Assembly: GCA_002269645.1 (NCBI GenBank)
Contig: NIVC01001237.1
Span: forward strand, 1 to 64,000
Length of the DNA stretch: 64,000 bases
Direction of reading: 5' to 3'
Source: Macrostomum lignano
Taxonomy: Eukaryota
The notes below the pieces were generated by a model. It was not told where the DNA came from. It ran no database searches and was given only the letters and a program-made list of their open reading frames with translations. Each line of letters starts with the position of its first letter. Position 1 is the first letter of the stretch. Made by a program: the position numbers and the translations under genes. Positions 24,706-35,900 of the stretch are shown in pieces.

Positions 24706-25384
24706 TTTAGATCACAGGACAACATTCGTGGTTTGGACTACACAATTGTGCAGAAGCCGATCGCGGTACATGTAATTAAGCTGCATGCGTCTTAAGTGCA
24801 GCAGTACCTGTTATTAGACATTATACTACATCGTATCAAGGACTATTCTAGACTAGAACATTCCAGTGGTCCTTGATTCGTACCTGCATCCTGTGTAACC
24901 AAACGGGTCAATAATTTACACATACATGCACAGATAAACAAATGAAGGTTATTCAGTTACAGTCTGGATTTGTTTCAGTTCTTTCCGGTATACATGTACA
25001 CGCGTGAACGTACTGGCCAGTGCAAGCGCATGTGTGTACATATAAATTTACTAGCGTGCATGGATAGACAAACTGGCGTACGCGGATGTTATTTTTAGAT
25101 GCGGAACTTCAGCCTGCCTGGGTTTCTTGCAGACGAGGTTAGAAAACATGAGTTTCTTGTTAGTTCCTTGTTTGTCAGCGAAAGCTGGCCCGCCTCATTT
25201 GAACTGCACAGCATGCGGCTACATGTAGCAGCTCAACCAGCTGTTTGCTCTATAGTTCCCCAGCAACTGCGCCAGCACGCACCAACTTAACGTGCCATCA
25301 TCCCCGCTTGCAATTTTGCAAAAGAGCAAAAATTAAAGCAGGAAAGAAGCCGCAGCATATTTTATTGGATGGGGCACTATTTTG

Positions 25385-25665
25385 GGGGCGCCGGCACCAA
25401 GGGGCGCCAGCACCAAAGAGGCGCCAGCACCAAAGGGGCGCCAGAACCAAAGGGGCGCCAGCACCAAAGGGGCGCCAGCACCAAAGGGGCGCCAGCACCA
25501 AAGGGGCGCCAGCACCAAAGGGGCGCCAGCACCAAAGGGGCGCCAGCACCAAAGGGGCGCCAGCACCAAAGGGGCGCCAGCACCAAAGGGGCGCCAGCAC
25601 CAAAGGGGCGCCAGCACCAAAGGGGCGCCAGCACCAAAGGGGCGCCAGCACCAAGGGGCGCCAAA
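25385..25665. repeat. 17-bp minisatellite (GCACCAAAGGGGCGCCA)
   Basis: About 16 near-perfect copies, related to the 15-mer at 17.6 kb. Confidence 0.95.
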
Positions 25666-25939
25666 GTAATTGTTGAGCAACTGCTAAATGTGGGGTGACC
25701 ATGGCCCACTAAACATGATTTTTTTGCAAGTGGCGTGTTTACTTTTGTTAAAAAATATTCAAGTAGCAAAGTTAAAACTCCTTTTTTTATTTTAGCAAAG
25801 TAAAAAGCGTTGAATTGAATCGAAAGTATATTAGAGCGATTGGAAGGCTCTTGTTTATACAGTTTTGCTTTGACGATGAATTGTGGAATATTTAAGACTG
25901 CCTGACGTCAGCTTTCTTTGAGACTCTTGACGGCTCTGA

Positions 25940-26305
25940 GATTTTAAATTGGCGAGGCTCTTGACGTTGAATTGGTGAACGGTGAGGCTCTTGATGGTGA
26001 ATTGGGTGAGGCTCTTGACGGTGAATTGGGTGAGGCTCTTGATGGTGAATTGGGTGAGGCTCTTGACGGTGAATTGGGTGAGACTCTTGAAGTTGAATTG
26101 GTGAGGCTCTTGACGTTGAATTGGTGAATGGTGATGCTCTTGATGGTGAATTGGTGAACGGTGAGGCTCTTGACGGTGAATTGGGTGAGGCTCTTGATGG
26201 TGAATTGGGTGAGGCTCTTGACGGTAAATTGGTGAACGGTGAGGCTCTTTACGGTAAAATTGGGTGAGGCTCTTGACGCCGAATTGGGTGAGGCTCTTGA
26301 CGGCT
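25940..26305. repeat. 24-bp minisatellite (GAGGCTCTTGACGGTGAATTGGGT) with longer variants
   Basis: About 13 copies. Confidence 0.9.
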
Positions 26306-26409
26306 TTTGCCTCAAGCGTCATTAAGCAATAAAAAACAGACACAGATGGCTCAATAAATTACGAAATTAAAACTGCTACGCATTACTAATAGTATATAGT
26401 ATGCACAGG

Positions 26410-29400
26410 CTACACAACCTTCATTACCAGCATGTATTCAGCGTCGCCGCAAATCTCGGATTGATTGCCTGTACAGGGCCGGCCGCAGACGCCGGCAGAG
26501 GCTCTGACTGCACTACTGACTAGGCCGGAGCCGCAGTAGCAGCTTGTGCGATTGGTCACACCGGCCAGCTTCACGTCCAAGTGCAGACAGGGGACGGCGC
26601 AGTTGTAGTGGCTCATGCTGGCTGCACTAACAGACGTTGACAGCCGGTCACTTAGCACTGGATGCCACTTGTCGTATAGATAGCAGCCCAATGCAATGGC
26701 TTTTGGTACATGTAGTGTAGAATGGAGATATACCCGTATAGGCTTTAGATAGATCGATTCGCCTTGTTTACTGTTTCTTTTAACTTTATTATCGATTAAC
26801 TCACCCTCCTGTAGACCCGACCCATTTCTTTAATGTACATTGCGAGCCTCTCAATTTTCTAACCCTTAAACTTAAGATGGAGCGGTCTTCAATGTACATT
26901 GCGACCCTCTCAATTTTCTAACCCTTAAACTTAAGATGGAGCGGTCTTCAATGTACATTGCGACCCTCTCAATTTTCTAACCCTTAAACTTAAGATGGAG
27001 CGGTCTTCAATGTACATTGCGACCCTCTCAATTTTCTAACCCTTAAACTTAAGACAATGTACATTGCGACCCTCTCAATTTTCTAACCCTTAAACTTAAG
27101 ACGAAACGGTCTTCAATGTACATTGCGAGAATTTGCGAGCCTCTCAATTTTCTAGCCCTTAAACTTAAGACGAAACGGTCTTCAATGTACATTGCGACCC
27201 TCTCAATTTTCTAGCCCTTAAACTTAAGACAATGTACATTGCGACCCTCTCAATTTTCTAGCCCTTAAACTTAAGACGAAACGGTCTTCAATGTACATTG
27301 CGACCCTCTCAATTTTCTAACCCTTAAACTTAAGACAATGTACATTGCGACCCTCTCAATTTTCTAACCCTTAAACTTAAGACAATGTACATTGCGACCC
27401 TCTCAATTTTCTAACCCTTAAACTTAAGACAATGTACATTGCGACCCTCTCAATTTTCTAACCCTTAAACTTAAGACAATGTACATTGCGACCCTCTCAA
27501 TTTTCTAACCCTTAAACTTAAGACGAAACGGTCTTCAATGTACATTGCGAGAATTTGCGAGCCTCTCAATTTTCTAGCCCTTAAACTTAAGACGAAACGG
27601 TCTTCAATGTACATTGCGACCCTCTCAATTTTCTAGCCCTTAAACTTAAGACGGAGCGGTCTTCAATGTACATTGCGACCCTCTCAATTTTCTAGCCCTT
27701 AAACTTAAGACGGAACATTGAGACTGTATATAGTCTTGATGTATGAACAATCATACATACCTACATAGGCCTAAATATGTGAAAACATTTAAATTAGGTT
27801 AGGTATCATTATTTGCCCAGACTCACTCTGAAGAACGGGAGGATTTTCCCATTCAATAAAATATATGTCCATAGCTTTGGAGCCGCCGCAGGAGATCTGC
27901 CAGTTGCCCGGACAACTCGCCATGCAGTCGAAGCTGGCGAGTCGAAAAATACCAACTGTATCGCGGCAATAGCATTGCTCGCCATTAAATAGGCCAAAAT
28001 AGTTCAATACTTTATTTCGATTATCATTAAATTCAACGCACAATCTTAGACACACATCGGGGGTTAGCTGGCTTTTCAAGTTATCTGTTAATTCCATTAG
28101 AACACCAAGGTTGCCATTGTCATTGAGTATCTGATAGCAGCCAACGTGCTGAACTGGGCAGCAATGGAAAGGTTGGAAGTAACTTTTTGTGTAGAATAAC
28201 ATATGTAGTACGAGTATATACTATATAGAAAATAGACAAGAGTAAGCTAAATATTATTACCAGCTTAAAAGCTACATGCACAGGTTGAAAAGTTGGTTGT
28301 AAGTAGATTGGAAAGTAGATTGGAAAGTAGGTTGGAAAGTAGATTGAAAAGTAGGGTGAAAAGTAGGTTGGAAAGTAGATTGAAAAGTTGGCTGAAAAGT
28401 AGGCTGAAAAGTAGGTTGGAAAGTAGTATGAAAAGTAGGCTAGATAGAACAGCTAAGAAATAATAAACTTACAATGCGCAGTTGTAGATAGCAAATCCTT
28501 GTTGAAAAAAATCAACAAGATCGGTAACAAAATGCCATTTAAGTGTGCAGTGGGCGACATTAGTGAGTGCATGTCAACTTAGTTTAGCCTTACTTATTTT
28601 ATGTTGATTTCCACATGTTGATTCAAGTGTAAATAAAACTCCAAATTGGCTAAACTATTGCTGTAGTACGAGCGTATTATATATTCTATTTAGTTCTAAC
28701 TGCACCAAAGAAACCATAGAAATTTAGAAAGCTTATCCTTGAAGTACCATTCAAGCGATTTGTACTTTTAACGGTAGCTTTCTTAGCTTATTAAAATAAG
28801 CTTTTTCGCCCCCTAGTTTGCCAAAACTGAAACTATTTTCTCCCACAGAAACTCATGCATGACACTCTTACGGCGTAATATGGTAAAAAATGAAGTCACA
28901 AACTTGGGAACCATTAGATTTGGGATCATAAATTAGAGACTATAGATTCGGACTATAGATTAAGGACAACGGGTTTGAGATTATAGATTGAAGACTATAG
29001 ATTGGGGATCATATATTGGGGATCATAGATTGGGGATCATATAATGAGGATCATAGATTGGGGATCATAGATTGGGGATCATAGATTGGAGACCATAGAT
29101 TGCGGACCATAGATTGGGGATCATAGATTAAGGACCATAAATCAGGGACCATGCATAGATTATGGACCAAAGATAGGAAGGAGGAAAAAGCAAAAAAAAT
29201 CAAAGGAAAGGCATAACTCATTGTCTACTTTAAGAACGTAAATATTTATTTTTATTTTCCATTTCTTCTATTGCATTTTGCTGTATCTAGAACTGCGTGT
29301 CACAAAAAGCTTTAAAAAGGCAGGGATAAGAGTAAAAGATAAAACTTGTTTACAATACTAATAAGCGAGTAAGATCAGACACGGATCTGAAATAGCTCCA

Positions 29401-31242
29401 GCACAAGCATGGCGTGTTCGCCACCGCACAAATCTAAATCATAATTAGTGCACGGATGGTAGCACAAGGAGAAAGGTAGTCTAGCCAGGGTGCTCACAAA
29501 GCTGTTGCCACAGTAACAGTACGATCTGTTGATCAGGCCAAACATTTGAGTACGCTTGACTCGAAGACAATAGGTGGCACATCTGGCGTGTGACATGAAG
29601 AACTGACACGACAGCTTCTCTTCGAAGTTGAAAACTCGCTGGTTGTTAGTCTGCATGAAGCAGCCAATGACACGGGCTGGCAGAGACAATTCGGCATTAA
29701 ATGTGGCTAGTTAATTTACTTCCAGTAATTGGTTGCTTTGCAGCCTTTTAGTACGAGTAATGATGCTTCACTCTTTTCTCATTGGCTAGAGTGGAAACCC
29801 CTACCCGTGGGCAAATGCTTCTTCACTCTGGTCTCATTGGCTGGAGTGGAAACCCCTACCCGTGGGCAAATGCTTCTTCAATTTGCTCTCATTGGCTTGA
29901 GTGGAAACCCCTACCTGTGGGCAAACGCTTCTTCAATTTGCTCTCATTGGCTGGAGTGGAAACCCCTACCCGTGGGCAAATGCTTCTTCACTCTGGTCTC
30001 ATTGGCTGGAGTGGAAACCCCTACCCGTGGGCAAATGCTTCACTCTTCTCTCATTGGCTGGAGTGGAAACCCCTACCTGTGAGCAAATGGATCACTCTTC
30101 TCTCATTGGCTGGAGCTAAAACTTCTGACTCTGTATGATTGCACCCATAGTCATGCATGTACATACATATAACAGCGCTCGCTTGCGTCCTTACCAGGCA
30201 GTCGCGGCAAAGTTTTAATCTCAAACACCAGCATTGCATTGACTCCGCCGCAGAACTCTAAGGGGCTATCTAAGCATATTGTACTGCACTTGCTTTTATC
30301 AACGCTGGGCGATATGAGCAGCATCGTGCCGCAGTGGCAACCTCCGTTCACCGACAGGCCAAAATAGCGACCCTCCCACAGCTGGAAGGAGCACTCTTCA
30401 AAGCAGGAACTGGGTGACATAACCAACTCAGTGTGGTTAGGCCAATACACTCTCAGCTGGAGTGGGAATGCGGACGCATTTGGGGCCACGTAGCAGCCGA
30501 AGGTTTCCCCTGTTAGATTAATTATTACGAGTAATATAGAGTTTTGCATCTGGATTAGCTAGCTGAGTGCATTGTGCAGATGGCAACCGGTGAAAGCAGG
30601 CGAAGTCTAACTGGTTAAAGCAGGCGGAGTCTAACTGGTGAAAGCAGGCGGAGTCTAACTGGTGAAAGCAGGCGGAGTCTAACTGGTGAAAGCAGGCGGA
30701 GTCTAACTGGTGAAAGCAGGCGGAGTCTAACTGGTGAAAGCAGGCGGAGTCTAACTGGTGAAAGCAGGTGGAGTCTAACTGGTGAAAGCAGGCGGAGTCT
30801 AACTGGTGAAAGCAGGTGGAGTCTAACTGGTGAAAGCAGGCGGAGTCTAACTGGTGAAAGCAGGCGGAGTCTAACTGGTGAAAGCAGGTGGAGTCTAACT
30901 GGTGAAAGCAGGCGGAGTCTAACTGGTGAAAGCAGGTGGAGTCTAACTGGCGAAAGCAGGCGGAGTCTAACTGGTGAAAGCAGGCGGAGTCTAACTGGTG
31001 AAAGCAGGTGGAGTCTAACTGGTGAAAGCAGGCGGAGTCTAACTGGTGAAAGCAGGCGGAGTCTAACTGGTGAAAGCAGGTGGATGGTATAACAAATGGA
31101 GCAAAAATGCATGAACTGAATGACAGCACTTACACAACGTTGGATAAACCCTTTCATTTAAAGCATGGATGCACATGGCATCTGTTATCACAAAAAGAAC
31201 CACGAGCACGAAGATCTCGGGTTTGTAAATCGAGAATGCCAT
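26410..31242 (-). CDS. Secreted protein with four WSC domains, 5 exons, ~444 aa
   Basis: Exons 31242-31134 (signal-peptide-like MAFSIYKPEIFVLVVLFVITDAMC), 30509-30195, 29676-29383, 28153-27827 and 26699-26410. Each later exon has the WSC pattern GC[YF]..C..C..FGL..C[YH]C..C..C.G....CGG..AM.VY. All introns are phase 1. The donor at 29383 is weak. Confidence 0.82.
26830..27715. repeat. Tandem array of ~47-59-bp units (AATGTACATTGCGACCCTCTCAATTTTCTAACCCTTAAACTTAAGAC) in WSC intron 4
   Basis: About 16 copies, with an optional GAAACGGTCTTC insert. Confidence 0.93.
28300..28445. repeat. 12-bp degenerate repeat (GAAAAGTAGGTT) in WSC intron 3
   Basis: About 11 copies. Confidence 0.85.
28960..29170. 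repeat. 14-bp degenerate repeat (GGGGATCATAGATT) in WSC intron 3
   Basis: About 13 copies. Confidence 0.85.
29765..30118. repeat. ~55-bp tandem repeat (CTCATTGGCTGGAGTGGAAACCCCTACCCGTGGGCAAATGCTTC) in WSC intron 2
   Basis: About 6 copies. Confidence 0.9.
30590..31082. repeat. 24-bp minisatellite (CTAACTGGTGAAAGCAGGCGGAGT) in WSC intron 1
   Basis: About 20 near-perfect copies. Confidence 0.97.
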
Positions 31243-32234
31243 GAGTGTGCGGCGGACTTCGTATGATTTAAAATCTGCTACCGTTTTTCCTAGTAAAATC
31301 TGAATTGAAGTGATGCGCGGTCCCTTAGGCATAGTTGTAAACATTGAACATGCGCCATAGACTATAAAACTGGGGCTGCAGATGCTGCTTTACAAGTAGA
31401 CAGTGAAAGTTATTGTAGTATACTCTCGTATTTGAAAATCATGCCAAAATCAATTAGGTTGAGTAAAAGATTCGAAAGTATCTGCTACTAGTTTAACTAC
31501 CTACTGACGTTATTAAATACTACTACTAAACTACTACTGGTTTTGAAAATTATATCGCACCAGTTTAAATAAGAGAGAGTGTAAAACAAAATTCTAGAAA
31601 TTAAAAGATTATTGCAGAAAAGAATTATACCGTCATCTTGGTGAACTGCTTCGTTGAATATTGATCAGACTTTATTAATTAGAACCAAACAGAACAAGAT
31701 TAACGACAAAAACAAGAGAAAATATATTTAATAAAATTGGTGCATGCTGCGTTCACTTCGACCGATGGATGATAAAATGATAATCAAAATAGTTTTGTAG
31801 CAATACATACTACTACATGGAACTACTACTGACAACAATCTTTCTGTTCACTAAAGTTACGTTGAAGTCTAAAACTAAATGTATATTAAATGTTAAATAC
31901 AAGTTTAATAACAAGATAGAGTAGATAAAATTAAAACAAAGAATCGTTTATTGTTCTGAAATTGCACATGCAATCCTATAAAATACCCATAAACACTCAG
32001 TTGGGAGATATTCGGTTTAGACCGAGCCATTTCGGTTTTCGGATTAAGACCGCCTAAAATGCCCTTAACTATAACCTAAACACCCCATGGTGCAGCTCTT
32101 TTGAATTTAGAAAAACACACCAAAAACAGCCACAATTAAACACAAAAATAAACACAATAAGTAAAAACGATTAACAAAAAACAAGAACACAAAAGTAAAC
32201 ATTCGCAACAAACACCTCATTCAAAGATGCAGAA

Positions 32235-32770
32235 TAAACACTCAACTCAAATAAATCCACAGTAAACACTCTAAAATCAAATAAATCTACAATAAACAAT
32301 CTCAAATCAAATAAATCCACAATAAACACTCAAATCAAATAAATCCACAATAAACACTCTCAAATCAAATCAAATCCACAATAAACACTCTCAAATCAAA
32401 CAAATCCACAATAAACACAAATCAAATCCACAATAAACACTCTCAAATCAAATAAATCTACAATAAACACTCTCAAATCAAATAAATCCACAATAAACAC
32501 TCAAATCAAATAAATCCACAATAAACACTCTCAAATCAAACAAATCCACAATAAACACAAATTAAATCCCTAATAAACACTCTCAAATCAAACAAATCCA
32601 CAATAAACACAAATCAAATCCACAATAAACACTCTCAAATCAAATAAATCCACAATAAACACAAATCAAATCCACAATAAACACTCAAATCAAACAAATC
32701 CACAATAAACACAAATCAAATCCCCAATAAACACTCAAAAGTCAAATAAATCCACAATAAACACTTAAAA
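32235..32770. repeat. ~30-bp A/C-rich minisatellite (AAATCAAATAAATCCACAATAAACACTCTC)
   Basis: About 18 copies, downstream of the IDE stop. Confidence 0.92.
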
Positions 32771-32937
32771 AGCAAGTAAATAAATAATTTCTCAATAAAG
32801 AGACAAATAAAAATCGATATTAAACATCCCAGTTGAACACCCAAAATAAAACATCCCTAATTACCACCCCAAGAAAAGAAAATACAATTCAGATTGTCAG
32901 GAAAACGAGAATCAATCCTGGCAGCCACAGACTAATC

Positions 32938-35900
32938 TCAGAGTTTAGCAGCCGCGGCAGCGGTAGCCGCAGATGCGGACAGAAACCGCGACTCCGGAGC
33001 GGCCGGCGCTGGCAGCGGCCAAGCAGCAGGCGGCGTTGAAATTCCTGCACGCTCGGAATGTTGACTCCCTGCGCGGTTTGGGGGGGGGGCGAGAAATGAA
33101 TAGTGAATAGTGAAATATGAATTTGCAGAGTCGAACCCCAGCCCTCACCGTATAGTTGGCATAGTCTGCATCTTTGATGCCGCCGTGTGTCTCTTCGGAG
33201 ACAACGTGCAACGACAGACGGCGCCTCTGCTTCGAATCTTTGCTTAGCCAGGTCTGGAGAAAGGGAATTTGAACGCGGCGGCCTGTTCATTAGCATATTA
33301 TAATGAGGAACGCGTGGCAAAGTCTTGAAATACTCGTGAAATGGGAGCACTGATCCTGTTCGCTAGATTGGATAGGAAAGAGGAATAAAAAGCGCAGGGT
33401 CTTTGTAGCTTAAAGTGTTTGGTCTTTGTAGCTTAGAGTGCAGGGTATTTGTAGCTTAAAGTGCAGGGTATTTGTAGTTTAAAGTACAGGGTATTTGTAG
33501 CTTAAAGTGTTTGGTCTTTGTAGCTTACAGTGCAGGGTATTTGTAGCTTAAAGTGCAGAGTATTTGTAGCTAAGAGTGTAGGGTATTTGTAGCTTAGAGT
33601 GCAGGGTATTTGTAGCTAAGAGTGCAGGGTATTTGTAGCTTAAAGTGCAGGTTATTTGTAGTTTAAAGTACAGGGTATTTGTAGCTTAAAGTGTTTGGTC
33701 TTTGTAGCTTAGAGTGCAGGGTATTTGTAGCTTAAAGTGCAGAGTATTTGTAGCTAAGAGTGCAGGGTATTTGTAGTTTAAAGTACAGGGTATTTGTAGC
33801 TTAAAGTGTTGGGTCTTTGTAGCTTAGAGTGCAGGGTATTTGTAGCTTAGAGTGCAGGGTCTTTGTAGCTTAGAGTGCAGGTTATTTGTAGTTTAAAGTA
33901 CAGGGTATTTGTAGCTTAAAGTACAGGGTATTTGTAGCTTAAAGTGTTGGGTCTTTGTAGCTTAGAGTGCAGGGTATTTGTAGCTTAGAGTGCAGGGTCT
34001 TTGTAGCTTAGAGTGCAGGTTATTTGTAGTTTAAAGTACAGGGTATTTGTAGCTTAAAGTACAGGGTATTTGTAGCTTAAAGTGTTGGGTCTTTGTAGCT
34101 TAGAGTGCAGGGTCTTTGTAGATTAAAATACAGGATCTTTGTAGCTTCAAGTGTAGCTTAAGTCTCAAGTCTTTGTAGTCTTGAGTGCAGGGTCTTTGTA
34201 GCAGCTCGGAGTGCAGGGTCTTTGTAGCAGCTCGGAGTGCAGGGTCTTTTTCAGGTTGGGGTTAGGGTAGAAATTAAAGAATCAATCGCTCACATTGACG
34301 TGCTGCAGCAGGTCATCCTTAGTGATCTTAGTCAGGCAGGCAGACAGGCGCTCTTTGCGATCGAAGCACAATGTGCCACGGCGAATCTCTTCAAAGTACA
34401 GCTGATTTCGTGCAGTCATCTTTTTGGGCTTCTCAGTGATCACCGAGTTTAAAGCGGCCACGTGAGATTGGAACTGCTCGTCCGGCATCGATTTAAGATC
34501 GTCGGCAATTGAGTCGATGAAAGCGTCGATTCGCTCCTCCAGGTACACTGGGTGCCTGATGGGAGTTTCATCCGGATGGAAATTATTTTTAATTGTTAAA
34601 TATTGATTCTAATGCGACAATAGCAATGGAGAATATCGAAGAGGCGAATGCTATGAGGGAGTAAATGGCGATTATTGTGGCAAATTTGATGGCGATTTTT
34701 GTGAGATTTGATGGCGATTCTTGTGGGAGATTTGATGGCGATTCTTGTGGGAGATTTGATGGCGATTCTTGTGAGATTTGATGGCGATTTTTGTGAGATT
34801 TGATGGCGATTCTTGTGGGAGATTTGATGGCGATTCTTGTGGGAGATTTGATGGCGATTCTTGTGAGATTTGATGGCGATTCTTGGGTGAGATTTGATGG
34901 CGATTCTTGTGGGAGATTTGATGGCGATTCTTGTGAGATTTGATGGCGATTCTTGTGAGATTTGATGGCGATTCTTGGGTGAGATTTGATGGCGGTTCTT
35001 GTGAGAGTTTTGATGGCGATTCTTAGGTGAGATTTGATGGCGATTCTTGTGGGAGATTTGATGGCGATTCTTGTGAGAGATTTGATGGCGGTTCTTGTGA
35101 GAGTTTTGATGGCGATTCTTAGGTGAGATTTGATGGCGATTCTTGTGGGAGATTTGATGGCGATTCTTGTGAGATTTGATGGCGATTCTTGTGAGATTTG
35201 ATGGCGATTCTTGGGTGAGATTTGATGGCGGTTCTTGTGAGAGTTTTGATGGCGATTCTTAGGTGAGATTTGATGGCGATTCTTGTGGGAGATTTGATGG
35301 CGATTCTTGTGAGAGACTTGATGGCGATTCTTGGGTGAGATGGCGATTCTTGTGGGAGATGATCAAAACTGATAATTCTCACCTGTCAGACTGCACAAAG
35401 AAAATCAGACCGTCAGTGTTAACCCCAGCCGAAGTCCTGACGCCAACCAAATAGCCCAGTTGCTGTTTAGTTCGCAGGGAATCAAAATAGGACTCCTGCA
35501 CTACTTGCCCAAGTAGGCGACAAAGGACGCGACTTCGAATTTTAGCGTCGAATCCGCCGGCCGCGTCGGACTCAATTTGAAAGTACACAGCGCATGCGGA
35601 GTCCTTGTGATGCGAGTGCACGCTGCGGTACAGGTGATGCGTGCCCGCCGGAAGTAGGAAGTCGCGAGCTCGAGCGATCTCCGATCTCGGCACCGGAGTT
35701 GCCGTCAGAGAGGCCAGAACCGAGTCGGCGATTGGCTCGGCCTCTGTCGCGGCGACGTTACCGTAGACGAGGGTCTCAGTGTACAGGCGGGACTGCATCT
35801 GGCGACTGAACTGCAGGACGCTGTCCAGCGTAACGTCTGGCGATGCGAGATTTTGGGTTGGTTATGTGAGATTTTGGATTATTTGGGGTGAGATTTTTGA

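Noticed and set aside
24710-25290. Short AG..GT-bounded segments that could be downstream exons of the IAP-like gene
   Set aside because: No RING or other recognisable motif was found in any frame, and there is no phase-consistent model.
26830-27715. CRISPR-like appearance of regularly spaced repeats (also 38295-38690 and 62956-63555)
   Set aside because: There are no unique spacers, only tandem units; there are no cas genes; and the context is eukaryotic and intronic.
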